Assembly (NCBI GenBank): GCA_030141605.1
Contig: JAQGDQ010000003.1
Coordinates: forward strand, 1,240,001-1,304,000
Source: Tubiluchus corallicola
Taxonomy: Eukaryota; Animalia; Priapulida
Direction: 5' to 3'
Length of the DNA: 64,000 nucleotides
A program made the translations under genes and the position numbers. The notes under the pieces were generated by a model. The model ran no database searches. It saw only the letters and a list, made by a program, of their open reading frames with translations, and was not told the origin of the DNA. The stretch's first letter is position 1. The number at the start of each line of letters is the position of its first letter. Below, in pieces: positions 14,144-25,879 of this stretch.

Positions 14144-15063
14144 GTAAGACGTGATGTGCATGTCTACTAATCTTTACGCGGTTATTATTGGATATTATAT
14201 GGATATAGTTTAAAGAATTACGTGACAATGTGGAGACGAACGAAAAAAGACGTGGATTAGATCAAATTGCAGTGGAAGTTGCAGAATTTGATCCAGTGTA
14301 TGGAATGAATTAGTTAGTCGTCGACTGCAACTCATCGATTTGAGTTTCCTTGGAATGCAAATTATTTTTAATTATTCTAGAGTTTACTGCTTCAACACAT
14401 GGAAAAAACTGCAACTTCTACTGGCAAGAACTTACTCTATGTACAAACACTAATTTTAAAGCTTTTTTCGTCAGTAATAGTAATTAGTTTAATAAGTTTT
14501 TCTTGTAAAAATTCATGAAAGTTCTTTTACGTGGAGAGAATTTGAATATATTGCAAAATGTCATTTGAACAAATGCTGGTTATTTAGGTAACATAATTTA
14601 TGTTTAGCGACTTGTACTGCTTAGGTACTAGACACTAAATGTTTAGAACTAAAGAAGAACTGCAATTGTCTGAGAGAAATTTCGTTTTTTCAGTTTTTCA
14701 GAACAAAATCTTTTCAAAATTTTGTGACATAACTACATCAATCCAACAAATTTGCGTTGCAGTTTAAATTTCACTCGGATAAGTTAGATACTAAAATTAA
14801 CAGTAAATAAATTTGCAGGATAACGTAAGTAAGATCGTCAAAGCGGAATTAAGAGAAAATGACAAACAAGAAAAACTTAAAGGGACAATAATACTTAATA
14901 AACAATTTTATTTTAGCCTCAGTTTATAATACTCTTGGTAGTCATAAATAGATTACGAGCAGGAAATTTGATTTAATTTTTAAAATTGGCTCTTTTGTAC
15001 TTAGCAGGACGCATAAAGAAGCCATTACTATAAAAAAAAGGCGACGCGGGCTAGATTTGAAAG

Positions 15064-15099
15064 ATGGCACATCTGTTAGCAGCCTTGCTGCTGGCCACG
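15064..15099 (+). CDS. Gene 1 coding exon 1 (signal peptide start)
   Basis: ATG, MAHLLAALLLAT, donor GTAAGT at 15100, phase 0; homologous to gene 2 MSNRLLAALLLLC. Confidence 0.8.
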
Positions 15100-18000
15100 G
15101 TAAGTTAGAAAAACATTTTCGAAAATTATTAGAATTTTAATTAAATGTCATAAAATTACTGTAAGTCTGAAATTTAACATCATTTCGCTTTTTTTCTTCG
15201 TACAAAAAAGCTAGTCCCGTTCTAAATACTTATAGTTAGTGTATAATCATTTCCATTGGGTGCAGTGCTTGTTAAACTTTGCGGAAGAAATTTGGGAGAA
15301 ATATGCTTTTGAATAATCTACGTCTAACGCGGATGTGCTTTAAGGGCTAACGTTTGAAAGCTGTTCTGCTCATTAGTCACTGTTCAATGAACGATACACA
15401 GAATATTTAGCATTTTGCTTGGTATTTTATATAAATTTGCAGTTGTTTTTTAAAATTGAAAAATTAATACCACAGCAGCATTTTTAACTGTAGTTCGAAT
15501 GATTAATTTGCTGATTTTTTTACGAATGAACACAGTAACATAGCCGCGATTCTGTGCAAGCTGCAAAGCAAAGCGCTACGGTAATTAATCAGTATCATGT
15601 CGAAAATGATTTATTGCCACAATGTCGCTCTTGCAACAACTATTTTCTGTTAGTTCGTATGCGTGTTTCATTACTACATGGGCTTTGTGCAACTTTGCGT
15701 TTTGCAGACGGTGGCTTACGTACATTCATCGTACTATGAACCTCAGTTCTACTATGGCTATCTGCACAAACACACTACTACAACACATGCTCCCTATGTG
15801 TACTTCAGACGACACACCATTCCATACGAAGATTTATATGAATCAACATATACTGATCATTACGTCTTCCATACACCCAGTCCATGCTACGGTTATGGTT
15901 GTGACAAAGGCAGCAGTGGTGGCCACGGTGGTGGTGGCGGTTATGGTGGAAGCTCTGGTGGTCATGGTAGCAGCAGTTCTGGTGGCTATGGCGGTGGCAG
16001 CAGCAGTGGCTATGGTGGTGGTAGCTCTGGTGGTTATGGCGGAGGCAGCTCAAGTGGTTATGGCGGAAGCAGCTCAAGTGGTCATGGCGGAAGCAGCAGT
16101 TCTGGTTATGGTGGCAGCAGTGGTGGCAGTGGCTATGGCAGCAGTGGTGGCGGTGGAGGCTATGGCAGCAGTGGAAGCAGTGGTGGAAGTGGAGGTTATG
16201 GCAGCAGCGGAGGCAGTGGTTATGGCAGTAGTGGTGGAGGTGGAGGTCATGGCAGCAGCGGAGGCAGTGGTTATGGCAGTAGTGGTGGAGGTGGAGGCTA
16301 TGGTAGCAGTGGAGGAAGTGGCGGAGGATACGGTAGCAGTGGTGGTAGCGGATATGGCAGCAGCGGAGGTGGTGGATATGGGAGTAGTGGAGGTGGTGGA
16401 TATGGAGGTAGTAGCGGGCCTTATGAAGGAAGAGTTCATGGCAACAATGAATACCAGGATATTGCAGACGGTTACGGCAATCAAAATCTTGGGTATGGGG
16501 GAGCTTCTGACAGCTTTGGTAGAGGTACAATAGGTGGTGACTACAATGACTATGGTGGCGGCTATGGAGGCGGAAGAGGATATGGGGGCGGAAGAGGTTA
16601 TGGAGGCGGAAGGGGCCACGGAACCGGCTATGGAGGTGGACAAGGAGTCAGTTCTGGTGGAGGTATAGGTGGAACGTATGGAGCTGGCTTTGGAGGTGGT
16701 GGTGCTTCCAAAGGTTACGAGTACAACTATGGATCTGGATATGATGACCAAGGCGGTTACGGAGGTGGCGGATATGGACGAGGTGAAGGAGGAAGCCAGT
16801 TAGGACGTGCTCATGGTGTTGGATCTGTGGGCTCCTATGGTGGTAGAGCATCTGGCAAGTTTGGAGGACATGGACGTGGAGCTGATGCTGTTGGAGGCTA
16901 CGGGGGTGGTGGATATGGAGGACATAACACTGGATCAATTGGAGGTTATGGATCAGGTGCTGGTGCAGCAGTCCAACCTGGTTATGGAAGAGGAGGATAT
17001 GGTGGAGCACACCAAGCACAAGTTTACGATAACCAACCTCAAGACTATGGTGTATCCCGAGGTTTCAGTGGACAACAATCCAGTAACCCAGTTGGAGACA
17101 TCACAACCGAATGCGACTTATCTCGTCGTGCCATGATAGTTACAATGAAGATGGCCAATGGTTTCAATGGGCAGGTGTTTGCTAGAGGATACTATGGGCA
17201 GCCAATGTGCTCCACAAGAGGATACGGAACCAACTTCCTGCAGTTTGAGATTCCAATGGACGGGTGTGGCACAGCTGAATTCCCAGTCGATGTAAGCTTT
17301 AAGTTTTGCTAATTATGTATTTCAAAAAATATTTATATTGTATCCATAATACGAAGCCTTCTTAAACGACATTGTTACCAAGTAATTTTTGATGAAAGTA
17401 ATTAAAGTAGGAATAACTACAAATGGATTTTTCTTTTTTTTTAGGGTCAAGGTTACAACAATGGTGCGTACAGCTACAGAAACACTCTTGTAGTTATGGG
17501 TCATCCTAGCGGTGTTCTTGATTCAAGGGACCAGGCTTTTGCCATATCCTGTCAGACGCAGCCTCAGTTGCAACAGCAAAGTGCTGGAAATACGAACCCA
17601 CCCAATGTTTTCATGAAGGTCTCTAACGGACAAGATCCAAATGCAGCCCCATCCGAAGGACTCACCGTCGGAGAAACAGCCACGTTGTCAATCAGCCACA
17701 AAGAGAATCGTAAGTTTGTTTAGTTTTTTCGTGGACAAATTAGTAATGAATAAACCTGAAACATATGTTTAATAAAAATTATGTGTACAATTGCGAAGCT
17801 ATGTTACTACACTTATTTGCTGATTATGGTTAAAATCAGCCTTATTACATTTTGATCAATTTCTTCTCTGAGTTTAATACAGAAAATGTTAATTAATATC
17901 AATATTACTGGATAAAAATGCTACCACAAGTTATTACAACGCTTTGCTTAATCTTTTTTTCTAAATTTAGCTGTATGGGACGTTTACGTAACCAACTGCT

Positions 18001-19359
18001 ATGCTCACGATGGTGTTGGTGTCAATAAAGTGCTACTGATTAACGAGAATGGATGCCCAGCACACGATCCAGAATTCGTATCACCTATGAGGGAAGGCAG
18101 GCTGCACAATGCTGACATTGTCCACTACACGAACTTCCAGGCTTTCAAGTTCCCCGACAAGAGCAATGTATACTTTCAGTGCACAGTAGAGGTCTGCAGA
18201 GATAAATGCCAACGAGTAAGTAAATTACTTATATCACTTAATATAATAATAAAATAATTTATATTTTAAGGTTCAGCCATGGTCGAATAATACCTGTTGG
18301 AATATTAGTAAAAATACTAAACGATATGCACTCTTTTCAGGCTAATTGCGAGAAGTACAGAAGAAAGAGAGAAGCTTCAAATGAAACGTCAGAAGAAAAC
18401 ACAATCGAGGAAGAGGGACCACGAGACAAAAGTAATGTAGAAGAAGAACGAGAAGTGTTCCGTGGCCTAGCCATCATCCTACCCGGCGAGCAGCCAATTC
18501 CTAAATGTAAGTGTCATTTTACAGCATAATTATGCTTTAAATACAACTATTAACATGTGTGTCTTCAGCCGTCTGGAATCAGTTGTTTCTAGACAAACAG
18601 CTAAACAAAAGCAGTTAATGTAATAATTGTTTCCAGACAAGAAAGTTATTGAGCGCATTCGCCAGGCCTCTTTCAGAAAAAACTCACTCATTTGGAAGAA
18701 CACCATTAACCTGTTATTTATCCGCTGCCTTTTTCGATTTTTGATATTGACTGGTCCAAAACGCTCAATGAATTTAATTTATTGGCTCGAAGACATTTGC
18801 AATATTTGTTGCTTTTGTTTCTGTGAAATGAGCATTTTCAATCTGTGTAGAATTTTAAATGTTATTACTAACTTTTCATAATACCCGAAATAAAAATTGC
18901 AACAATACAGAAATTTCGATTCGTTTAATAAACTGGCGCAGTCTTTCTCAGTACTAAATCTCAAAGCTCAGTGCAGCTTTACATACGCTCCAACTGAAAC
19001 AAATTTATCGATGAAAACGTACACCCGATGAAGTTTTCGGCGAACCTGAAAAACAAGCTGCAAGAAGCCGAAGGCGCACTTTCGCTTTGCTTTCAATTCA
19101 GCAGTATTGTGTTCAATTCGCTTTCGATTAATAAGTTGGACTAATTCGCGTGCCGTTTGTGATTTCAGATTGGAATGCTCGATACGCTGTGCAAGATGAG
19201 ATGTGCATTACAAAGACGGGTTTCGCTTGGGGCATGGCCATTATGGGCGGAGTTTTAATCGTTGCCATTATTATCTGTGTTCTTTTGTGCATGCGCACCA
19301 GAAATGAAAGTCGGAAACACATGGACGGTCACGAAACGTTTGTTATGTCAAAAGCGTAA
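15064..19359 (+). CDS. Gene 1: Gly/Ser/Tyr-rich ZP-domain (cuticlin/Dusky-like) single-pass membrane protein, about 828 aa
   Basis: Hand-spliced join(15064..15099,15708..17291,17445..17709,17971..18215,18341..18506,19169..19359). All introns GT-AG, frame open. Signal peptide MAHLLAALLLATTVAYVHS; ZP-N Cys pattern (TECD..PMCS..DGCG..ISC); ZP-C motifs LINENGCP and FQAFKFPDKSNVYFQCTVEVC; furin site RRKR; TM helix FAWGMAIMGGVLIVAIIICVLLC. Confidence 0.9.
15708..17291 (+). CDS. Gene 1 coding exon 2 (conserved N-motif, Gly/Ser/Tyr repeats, first part of ZP-N)
   Basis: Acceptor ttttgcag ends 15707; inside ORF 15663..17312; donor GTAAGC at 17292. Confidence 0.92.
17445..17709 (+). CDS. Gene 1 coding exon 3 (end of ZP-N, linker, start of ZP-C)
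   Basis: Poly-T acceptor ends 17444; YRNTLVVMGHP..DQAFAISC; donor GTAAGT at 17710, phase 1. Confidence 0.9.
17971..18215 (+). CDS. Gene 1 coding exon 4 (ZP-C core, 245 bp)
   Basis: VWDVYVTNCYAHDG..FQAFKFPD..FQCTVEVCRDKC; AG at 17969-17970, GTAAGT at 18216. Confidence 0.92.
18341..18506 (+). CDS. Gene 1 coding exon 5 (furin site, external hydrophobic patch)
   Basis: ANCEKYRRKRE..EVFRGLAIILPG; ttttcag acceptor, GTAAGT donor at 18507. Confidence 0.88.
19169..19359 (+). CDS. Gene 1 coding exon 6 (TM helix, cytoplasmic tail, stop)
   Basis: tttcag acceptor ends 19168; WNARYAVQDEMCITK then hydrophobic helix; TAA ends 19359. Confidence 0.88.
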
Positions 19360-21150
19360 TGTTGAGTATTAGATAGCTTCGAATGAACAGTTTCACAATC
19401 ATTATTCACAACTTCACCAAATATAGGACAATTACTAATTAACCCTCATGGGTCACCGTCATTCATGAGTCACCGTCATTGCCAACTCACCGTCATTACC
19501 AACATCGCCGTGCGGTAGCGCCTGTGTAATAAGGAGAAACGTGCTGAACTCGTTTGCAGGGCACAGAGACTAGGCCGCATAGGAATCACAAGTCGTGTTA
19601 TCATCTCATGTGACATGTTCATCGTCGTCGTCATCTGCGTCATCATGATCACTGACATCGTCACAAACATCTATACTCACTGACAGTAAAATTCTACTAG
19701 AAATTTCGTCACTGTCATCATCGTAGCCATAATCGCATCATTATAGTCATCATCGTTATCATCATCATTATCGCTCACGCCATAATGATCATTCTCTTTA
19801 TATTATAGAGAAAATCGTTGTCATTGTCACAGTTTAAAAGTGAGCACATTGCGATAATCAATGTTTATTGCACGATCACGTCGTTACTTTAATCAACGTC
19901 ATTTTGATTACGTTCATAAACACTCGCCATGATCACCAGCATGTTCAACAGCATCATCAGTTCAACACCATCAGCATCATCGACCTCATTTATAGCATCA
20001 TTCAAAGAATCACCACAGTTGCTTTTATTACTAACCTAACACTGCCACGCCTCACAAGTTCATGCTCATCCTCATCAGTCTGGGTATGTTTTTTCAGCAC
20101 ATGTAAAGAAGTATTACTAAGAAGAACTAGCCTAGACTTGTTTCATATTATATACATTGGCCTACATTGTCTACATAGAATATATCTATTTGGAAATCTG
20201 TAAAGCAGAATTTTGCTCCTGTCTGTATTAGGGATTTCCAGTTTCATGTTTGTAAGTATGTCTGCGTCTTTTAATAATGATATATATTTATATGCGATGC
20301 TATTAATTTTGTGAATCAAACGTGCGAGTTGTAAATTAATTAACATAGTGTGTGCGATGCACTGTATTTGTAGTTGTGACTTTTCGTCTCTGTGCACAGT
20401 CTGACTCTGCAGTCTGACTGTATACCAAAGAGACAAACTTTAACTATGATTTTAATGGAAAGTAGCTTCACCTTAGGGACAGTAGTGTAACTTATGCCAG
20501 TATTAACAAGACACTTTTAGCTTGATTAATTAATCTGATAACAGCACTTACTAATATGAAGGTATTTGTAAGGTCGTACTGCATAGGAGGGCTCCTCTTT
20601 TGTAACATTAGGTGAATATGGATATCATTAATGCTCTCATGAAAGTTTTCATATAGACAGTTCTGCTAGTGCCAAATCTTATTGCGTGGGCTCATAATCA
20701 TTATTAAACCGGGATTTACAGATTTCTTGCAAGAATTCACACGTGGTACCTGTACCATATATCCGCACTATATATTAGACGCATACATATAAGTTAAGGT
20801 TTAGGGTGTACGTTAGCCTCACATGTCACAAACAATTGCGCTAGTCCGCTGTAGATTGTAACTTATTCAATTGTGTATATACGGGAAAAATAGTTCATAC
20901 ATTATTATTATGTAATATCTGAGGTTATTAACTCTGATACTAACGTTTCACGAAGCACATTAATTATGGGTATGTCTATATAAGTATAATGAAGATTCAT
21001 TCTCATCGGGCCAATTTTATTGTGCTATATTAAATTAATTTGATTAACGATAAATAAGTCACTAATTGTTTTACGTTGTTATGCATCGCGCGTGTTATTG
21101 TGTGTGTATCACGTATCATCGAATCATTCTTGTTGTTAACATTTTTGTAC

Positions 21151-21160
21151 AATAAATAAA
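21151..21160 (+). terminator. Probable polyadenylation signal of gene 1
   Basis: Overlapping AATAAA hexamers preceded by TGTA and followed by T/GT-rich sequence, about 1.8 kb after the stop. Confidence 0.4.
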
Positions 21161-24100
21161 TTTTTTAGAACAAATTTATTTTTGGAGGAACATGGTTTGT
21201 TTTTTGGAAAAGAAAGACACAGCTCATTTTATGGACAATAACGTTATTCATAAGTCTTTATCAGGACGAAAATAACTGCCTTATCATTTGAAACATTATA
21301 CTAAGTTTGTTCGCACGAGATGGCTCTGGGAGTCATTAATGATAGGCTGTCATGGAAGTCGAAGAAACTTTTATATTACGTATTATATAGCAGCACAATG
21401 TGTATTTGACAATATTGTTTATAATTTAATGGATAAAAGCGTTTTAGGTCTTGAACATAAGTACAAGATTTTTGCCTTCTGTGCCAAAAATTTGGAATAA
21501 TGGAGCAAGCAAATTAGTTTGACCGTAGTGGCGTGACGCAAACCGAACGTTTTGTTATAATCAAACTGTTTGCAGTGAAATGTGTGCCTCGCATACAGGT
21601 GTGAATACCACGGAGAGCAATCGCCTATCTTTCGTCAAAACAAGGTCACGATGCACACCTTAAGTTCAAGAAATGCCTCTAATCCAATCCGCCTCATACA
21701 ATAGGAAGTGAGCAAGGAATCACCTATTATTATCAGAATCTGGGTCAGGTCATAGAGCTTCTCACTTCAATGACCATACGCGCCGGGGGCGGGCGGAATC
21801 ACTGCGCGCTAGCACTGTTACCTGGGGTCATCGTCCTAACAGTAATTATTACCTTGCACCAGTTACGCCTATTATACTTTACCTGCATGTGTGTGTCGGC
21901 GTCCATTCATAAGTTTAATGCTATTTAAATCAACATCAGCACTTCACATTATTAAATTAATCAGTTGAAATAGGCAACGCCACGGCGCTAGAGTAATCAT
22001 AAAGATTAATCCACTTGTCTATAAGAATAAACAATGTTTTTATTGTGTTTGTATATCACTGTCTCTGTTTGTCGAAGTAATTAATGTCAATCTTTGCTTA
22101 GCAATGAAGTGGCTTTAATTTTCTAATTATTTTAATCGAATTCAAAGAAGGAAATTTGTTTTAGCAACTAAATAAGAACTAAATTCAACAGAATTATCTT
22201 GATTGCGCCATTTGACACAATAAAAAATCTTCATAGCAATATCTTACAGAAAATAGTTTCTTATTGACAAGAACGATTTCAGCAACGTTATTTTTCTATC
22301 CTCAGCGAATGATGAAATGGTGTATTAAAATTTCACGACAGACTTTTTACGAACTGGGTTACATGCCTGTTAGTGGAGTTAATTAATTTATTTACTCTAA
22401 ATTATTGTTTTATTTATAAACAAATGATTTTAACGGTGCAAACTGTCGAAGCATGTACTATTCTTTTGAAATAAGATGTTTTAGTCTGATTAAATGTTAA
22501 AAAATTCAAAGCCAAAGATATTCATTTTTCGGTAATTTCGTCATTATTGCATCGCCAACATAAAATTCAAAGGCATGCAAAACGATAGGAAATCGCTGTA
22601 ACAAAAAAATATTTCGAATTAGTCGAAAACTTTCTCGAGTTGGGAAACAATAATTAGTAGGAAACAAAACACAATATTTTTCCTGATTTCGATAGGACTA
22701 GACTCACCAATGTGAATCAAACATCAGAAATATTTTGGAACAAAGTTGACTGTTTAACTATCCTGGCCAGGTTTCGCTTTTAGAACAAAACCACTGTGAA
22801 TAAACAAAAAAGTGTTCATTTAAGAAGAAAAGAGCAGCGAAAGACACATCTGCTTATATTTATTTATTTGGATAATAAACACGTATTGCTTACACTTCTG
22901 ATTGTAGCTTGTGGGTGATGTCTTTCGCTATCATTATTCCACTGACAGTGACTCTATGTGTCCGTTTTGAGGAAACAGAAGACCGACCTAAGTGAAAAAG
23001 TTAACTTTCGATATAAGCTATGTAAATTTCCTGTTTTAGACTAGTTCGAAAGTCTTCTGTTGATGGCTCTCTCTCTCTCTTTACTCTTACAACAGTTTAT
23101 GTTGATCGTTTTTATATCACCTATGCTGTATTATTTTGTATTATTATTCTTGATTATAGGTTTAACTTTTTGTTTATCGTTTAGGAAATATATCTATTGT
23201 AGTAGTTTCTCAGTTTTCAATTTTTCACTCACTTCGTGTATAATTGTAATATTGTACTGGTTAAAAGAAATAAATAAAAATGAAATAATTAAGTAATAAT
23301 TTAGAGGACTATACGGGTAGATCATTAACCTGCTTTGAGAGCGTGCAAGTAGACGGCCACAGTGCATGAAATAAGGAAGTGCAAGCTGCGAAGGACGTTA
23401 GTACATAATAGGTAGGCCTAACTGGATTCTCATTTTTGCTATTATACAAAAAATATTCATTGTTCGACAGGTTAGATATAGGTTGTATTTATACATTTTT
23501 ATTAGCCTGCATACCAATAGTTTATAACATTGTTTTTATTAGCAATAATTTCGCATGTGTTTTGTTAAGCATAGGATTGTAATAATGAGCCAAATTTAGC
23601 ATAAACCAACGACCAAAGTGACTTATACAAACTTCTCGGTCTTAAGCGGAATTTACTAATTGAATAACGGTAGTGAGATTGAAACATGACATTGGCACGA
23701 TAAGCAGCGTCGGGACGCGGTATGCGGAAGGCTATTGTCCGGGCAGTCCAGGGCAGCCAAGCGAATTGTGTGTAATAGACACGACTTTGCTTTCCTGATT
23801 TAGAGAGAAGAGATTATACCTGTCTTCAAGATTACACGGTAACCCAGACATCGACATGAACTACATTTCACCATATGTTTGCGAAGACAAGTTTAGATAA
23901 TTATCTTCCTTTGGATAATCAAGAGGCTGTCACATTAACAATCAGTAATCCGACTAAATGTAACAGTATGTTAATGATGAACTTAGAATTTTTCTGGCTG
24001 TGAGTAAATGCGCAGAGCACTAATATCTCTATTAATATTAATATTAATATTAATACGAAGTAGAGCCCAATTAATATCTCTTATGCCTTCTATATTTTCG

Positions 24101-25726
24101 TGAAACTTAAGCAGCTTTTCATTACAACTATTGGGAAGCTGCTTTGTGTCTAATTTTGTTTATTTATTTATTTTTGTTAAAAGACTATTTATAACCTGAT
24201 ATATTTATATTAAGGTCATGTCTGTGTCTTACGTATCGACATTTACTATAAGCTGTGACAGTTGGTGCTGCTTCGAAAAAACAAGAAGGCCAAATTAACA
24301 TCCTTAATGATATTTCATATATTTCATCAAGATTATCATCATTCATTAACAGCAGCATCATCAGCATTGTCGTCATCATCATCATTATCATCGTCGTCGT
24401 CATCATCATCATCACCACCGTTACCATTATTGTCATTAAAGTTAAAACTCTATGAATAACTAGCAATATCATCACAAAAAGCAAAAAAGATTTTGATTTT
24501 AACTGGATTAATGCCTGATGGCTTGCGCCTTTGTGATCAGTTAATATAAACACCTAAACATCTGCTGTTGCTTCACACCTTTAAAAATTGTGCAGAATCA
24601 AGAATATTGATATTATAACGTTTAATATCAAGAGTATTAATCTCTCGCACTCAAAATGATTACTCAATGGGATTTCTTATGTCGTTTGTCATGTTAGTCA
24701 ATGACGATTTTTATAAAAGCGCAATTATTTTAAGACAGAGGTCAAATATTGATTATAATTTATTTAGTGTATATAATTAAGTATAATAATTATAATTATT
24801 TTTTATTTCTTGGCTTTATCAACAAAGCTAGACTTAGTCTAGTCTAGACTTAGTCTAAATAACTCAGTCTTTATAGTACCACGTTCATTGTTCATGTTAA
24901 CATTTTGTTTCTAACTAATGATTTTAGATAAATAAAAACTATTTTAGAATTCGGAAACTTGGACAGACATTGAAACTTTAGATGATTCGGAGGGCATTGA
25001 AGGAAGATCATTGTTCTCACTAAGAGCCCAAAAGTACAAATTGAAAGGATTAATGCCAGAATTGGAAATGTAGCCAATTAATGGCGTATTTTCTACAAAA
25101 AAAATGAGTTTTACAACTCTTATATTATCAGGAAGTGGAAAATTAGGTAGCAAAGTATAGGAACAAATAAATGAAATACTACCATACTGTAGGAGCTGGG
25201 ATAATGAACTGTGAAGAATAAAAATCTGATTGGAAAAAAACAAGTGAAAAACAAAATAAAATCGTAATACAAGATAAATGCACCAAAACGAAATTAAGAT
25301 ATCTGGAAGGTGATAAACGCAGGCTATATAAAAATTCAGTTAGATAAAGAAGTTAAAGAAACTATGAATTTAACAAAAAGGTGGTCCAAGTAAAGGCAAA
25401 CAAAAGGAAATTTTGTAAGGAATTTAATACGATCATAAGCAGTTGGAACTGCAAAATACGGAATAATTTTGTTTACTTGTAGTAAATATTATTATAGTAT
25501 GAGAGCAAGTACAGAAGTTTCAATGCACAAAATAAAAGCAATTTTAGCGAGAAGCTGTTAAAGGCAAAGTGATTTTCGAGCGGTTGTTTATGTAATAAGA
25601 AAATTCTTATAAATGATGTAGTTAAGGCAAACTTGTTGAATGAATGAAGATACTGTACTGAAGAGCTCTTGCAATCAATTTTATATTGTTTAGCCATACA
25701 AGTCGAGAGGGCATGAGAAAGAACAA

Positions 25727-25879
25727 ATCATCATCGTCGTCGTCGTCGTCGTCGTCATTTCGTCATCATCATCATCATCATCATTATCATCATCATCACG
25801 TCATCATCGTTATCATCATCATTATCATCATCATCATCATCACGTCGTCATCATCACCATCATCATCATCATCATCATC
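25727..25879. repeat. Imperfect (ATC/GTC)n microsatellite
   Basis: Seen directly; a similar shorter tract lies at about 24355-24420. Confidence 0.85.

Noticed and set aside
15622-17136. Long alternative-frame and antisense ORFs over gene 1 exon 2 (Val/Ala/Met-rich, His/Cys-rich, Thr/Ser-rich)
   Set aside because: Expected shadows of GGN/AGY/TAY codon repeats, which lack stops in other frames; no independent gene signals.
24890-25700. Possible decayed LINE fragment
   Set aside because: Composition is suggestive but I could not read any diagnostic RT or endonuclease motif.
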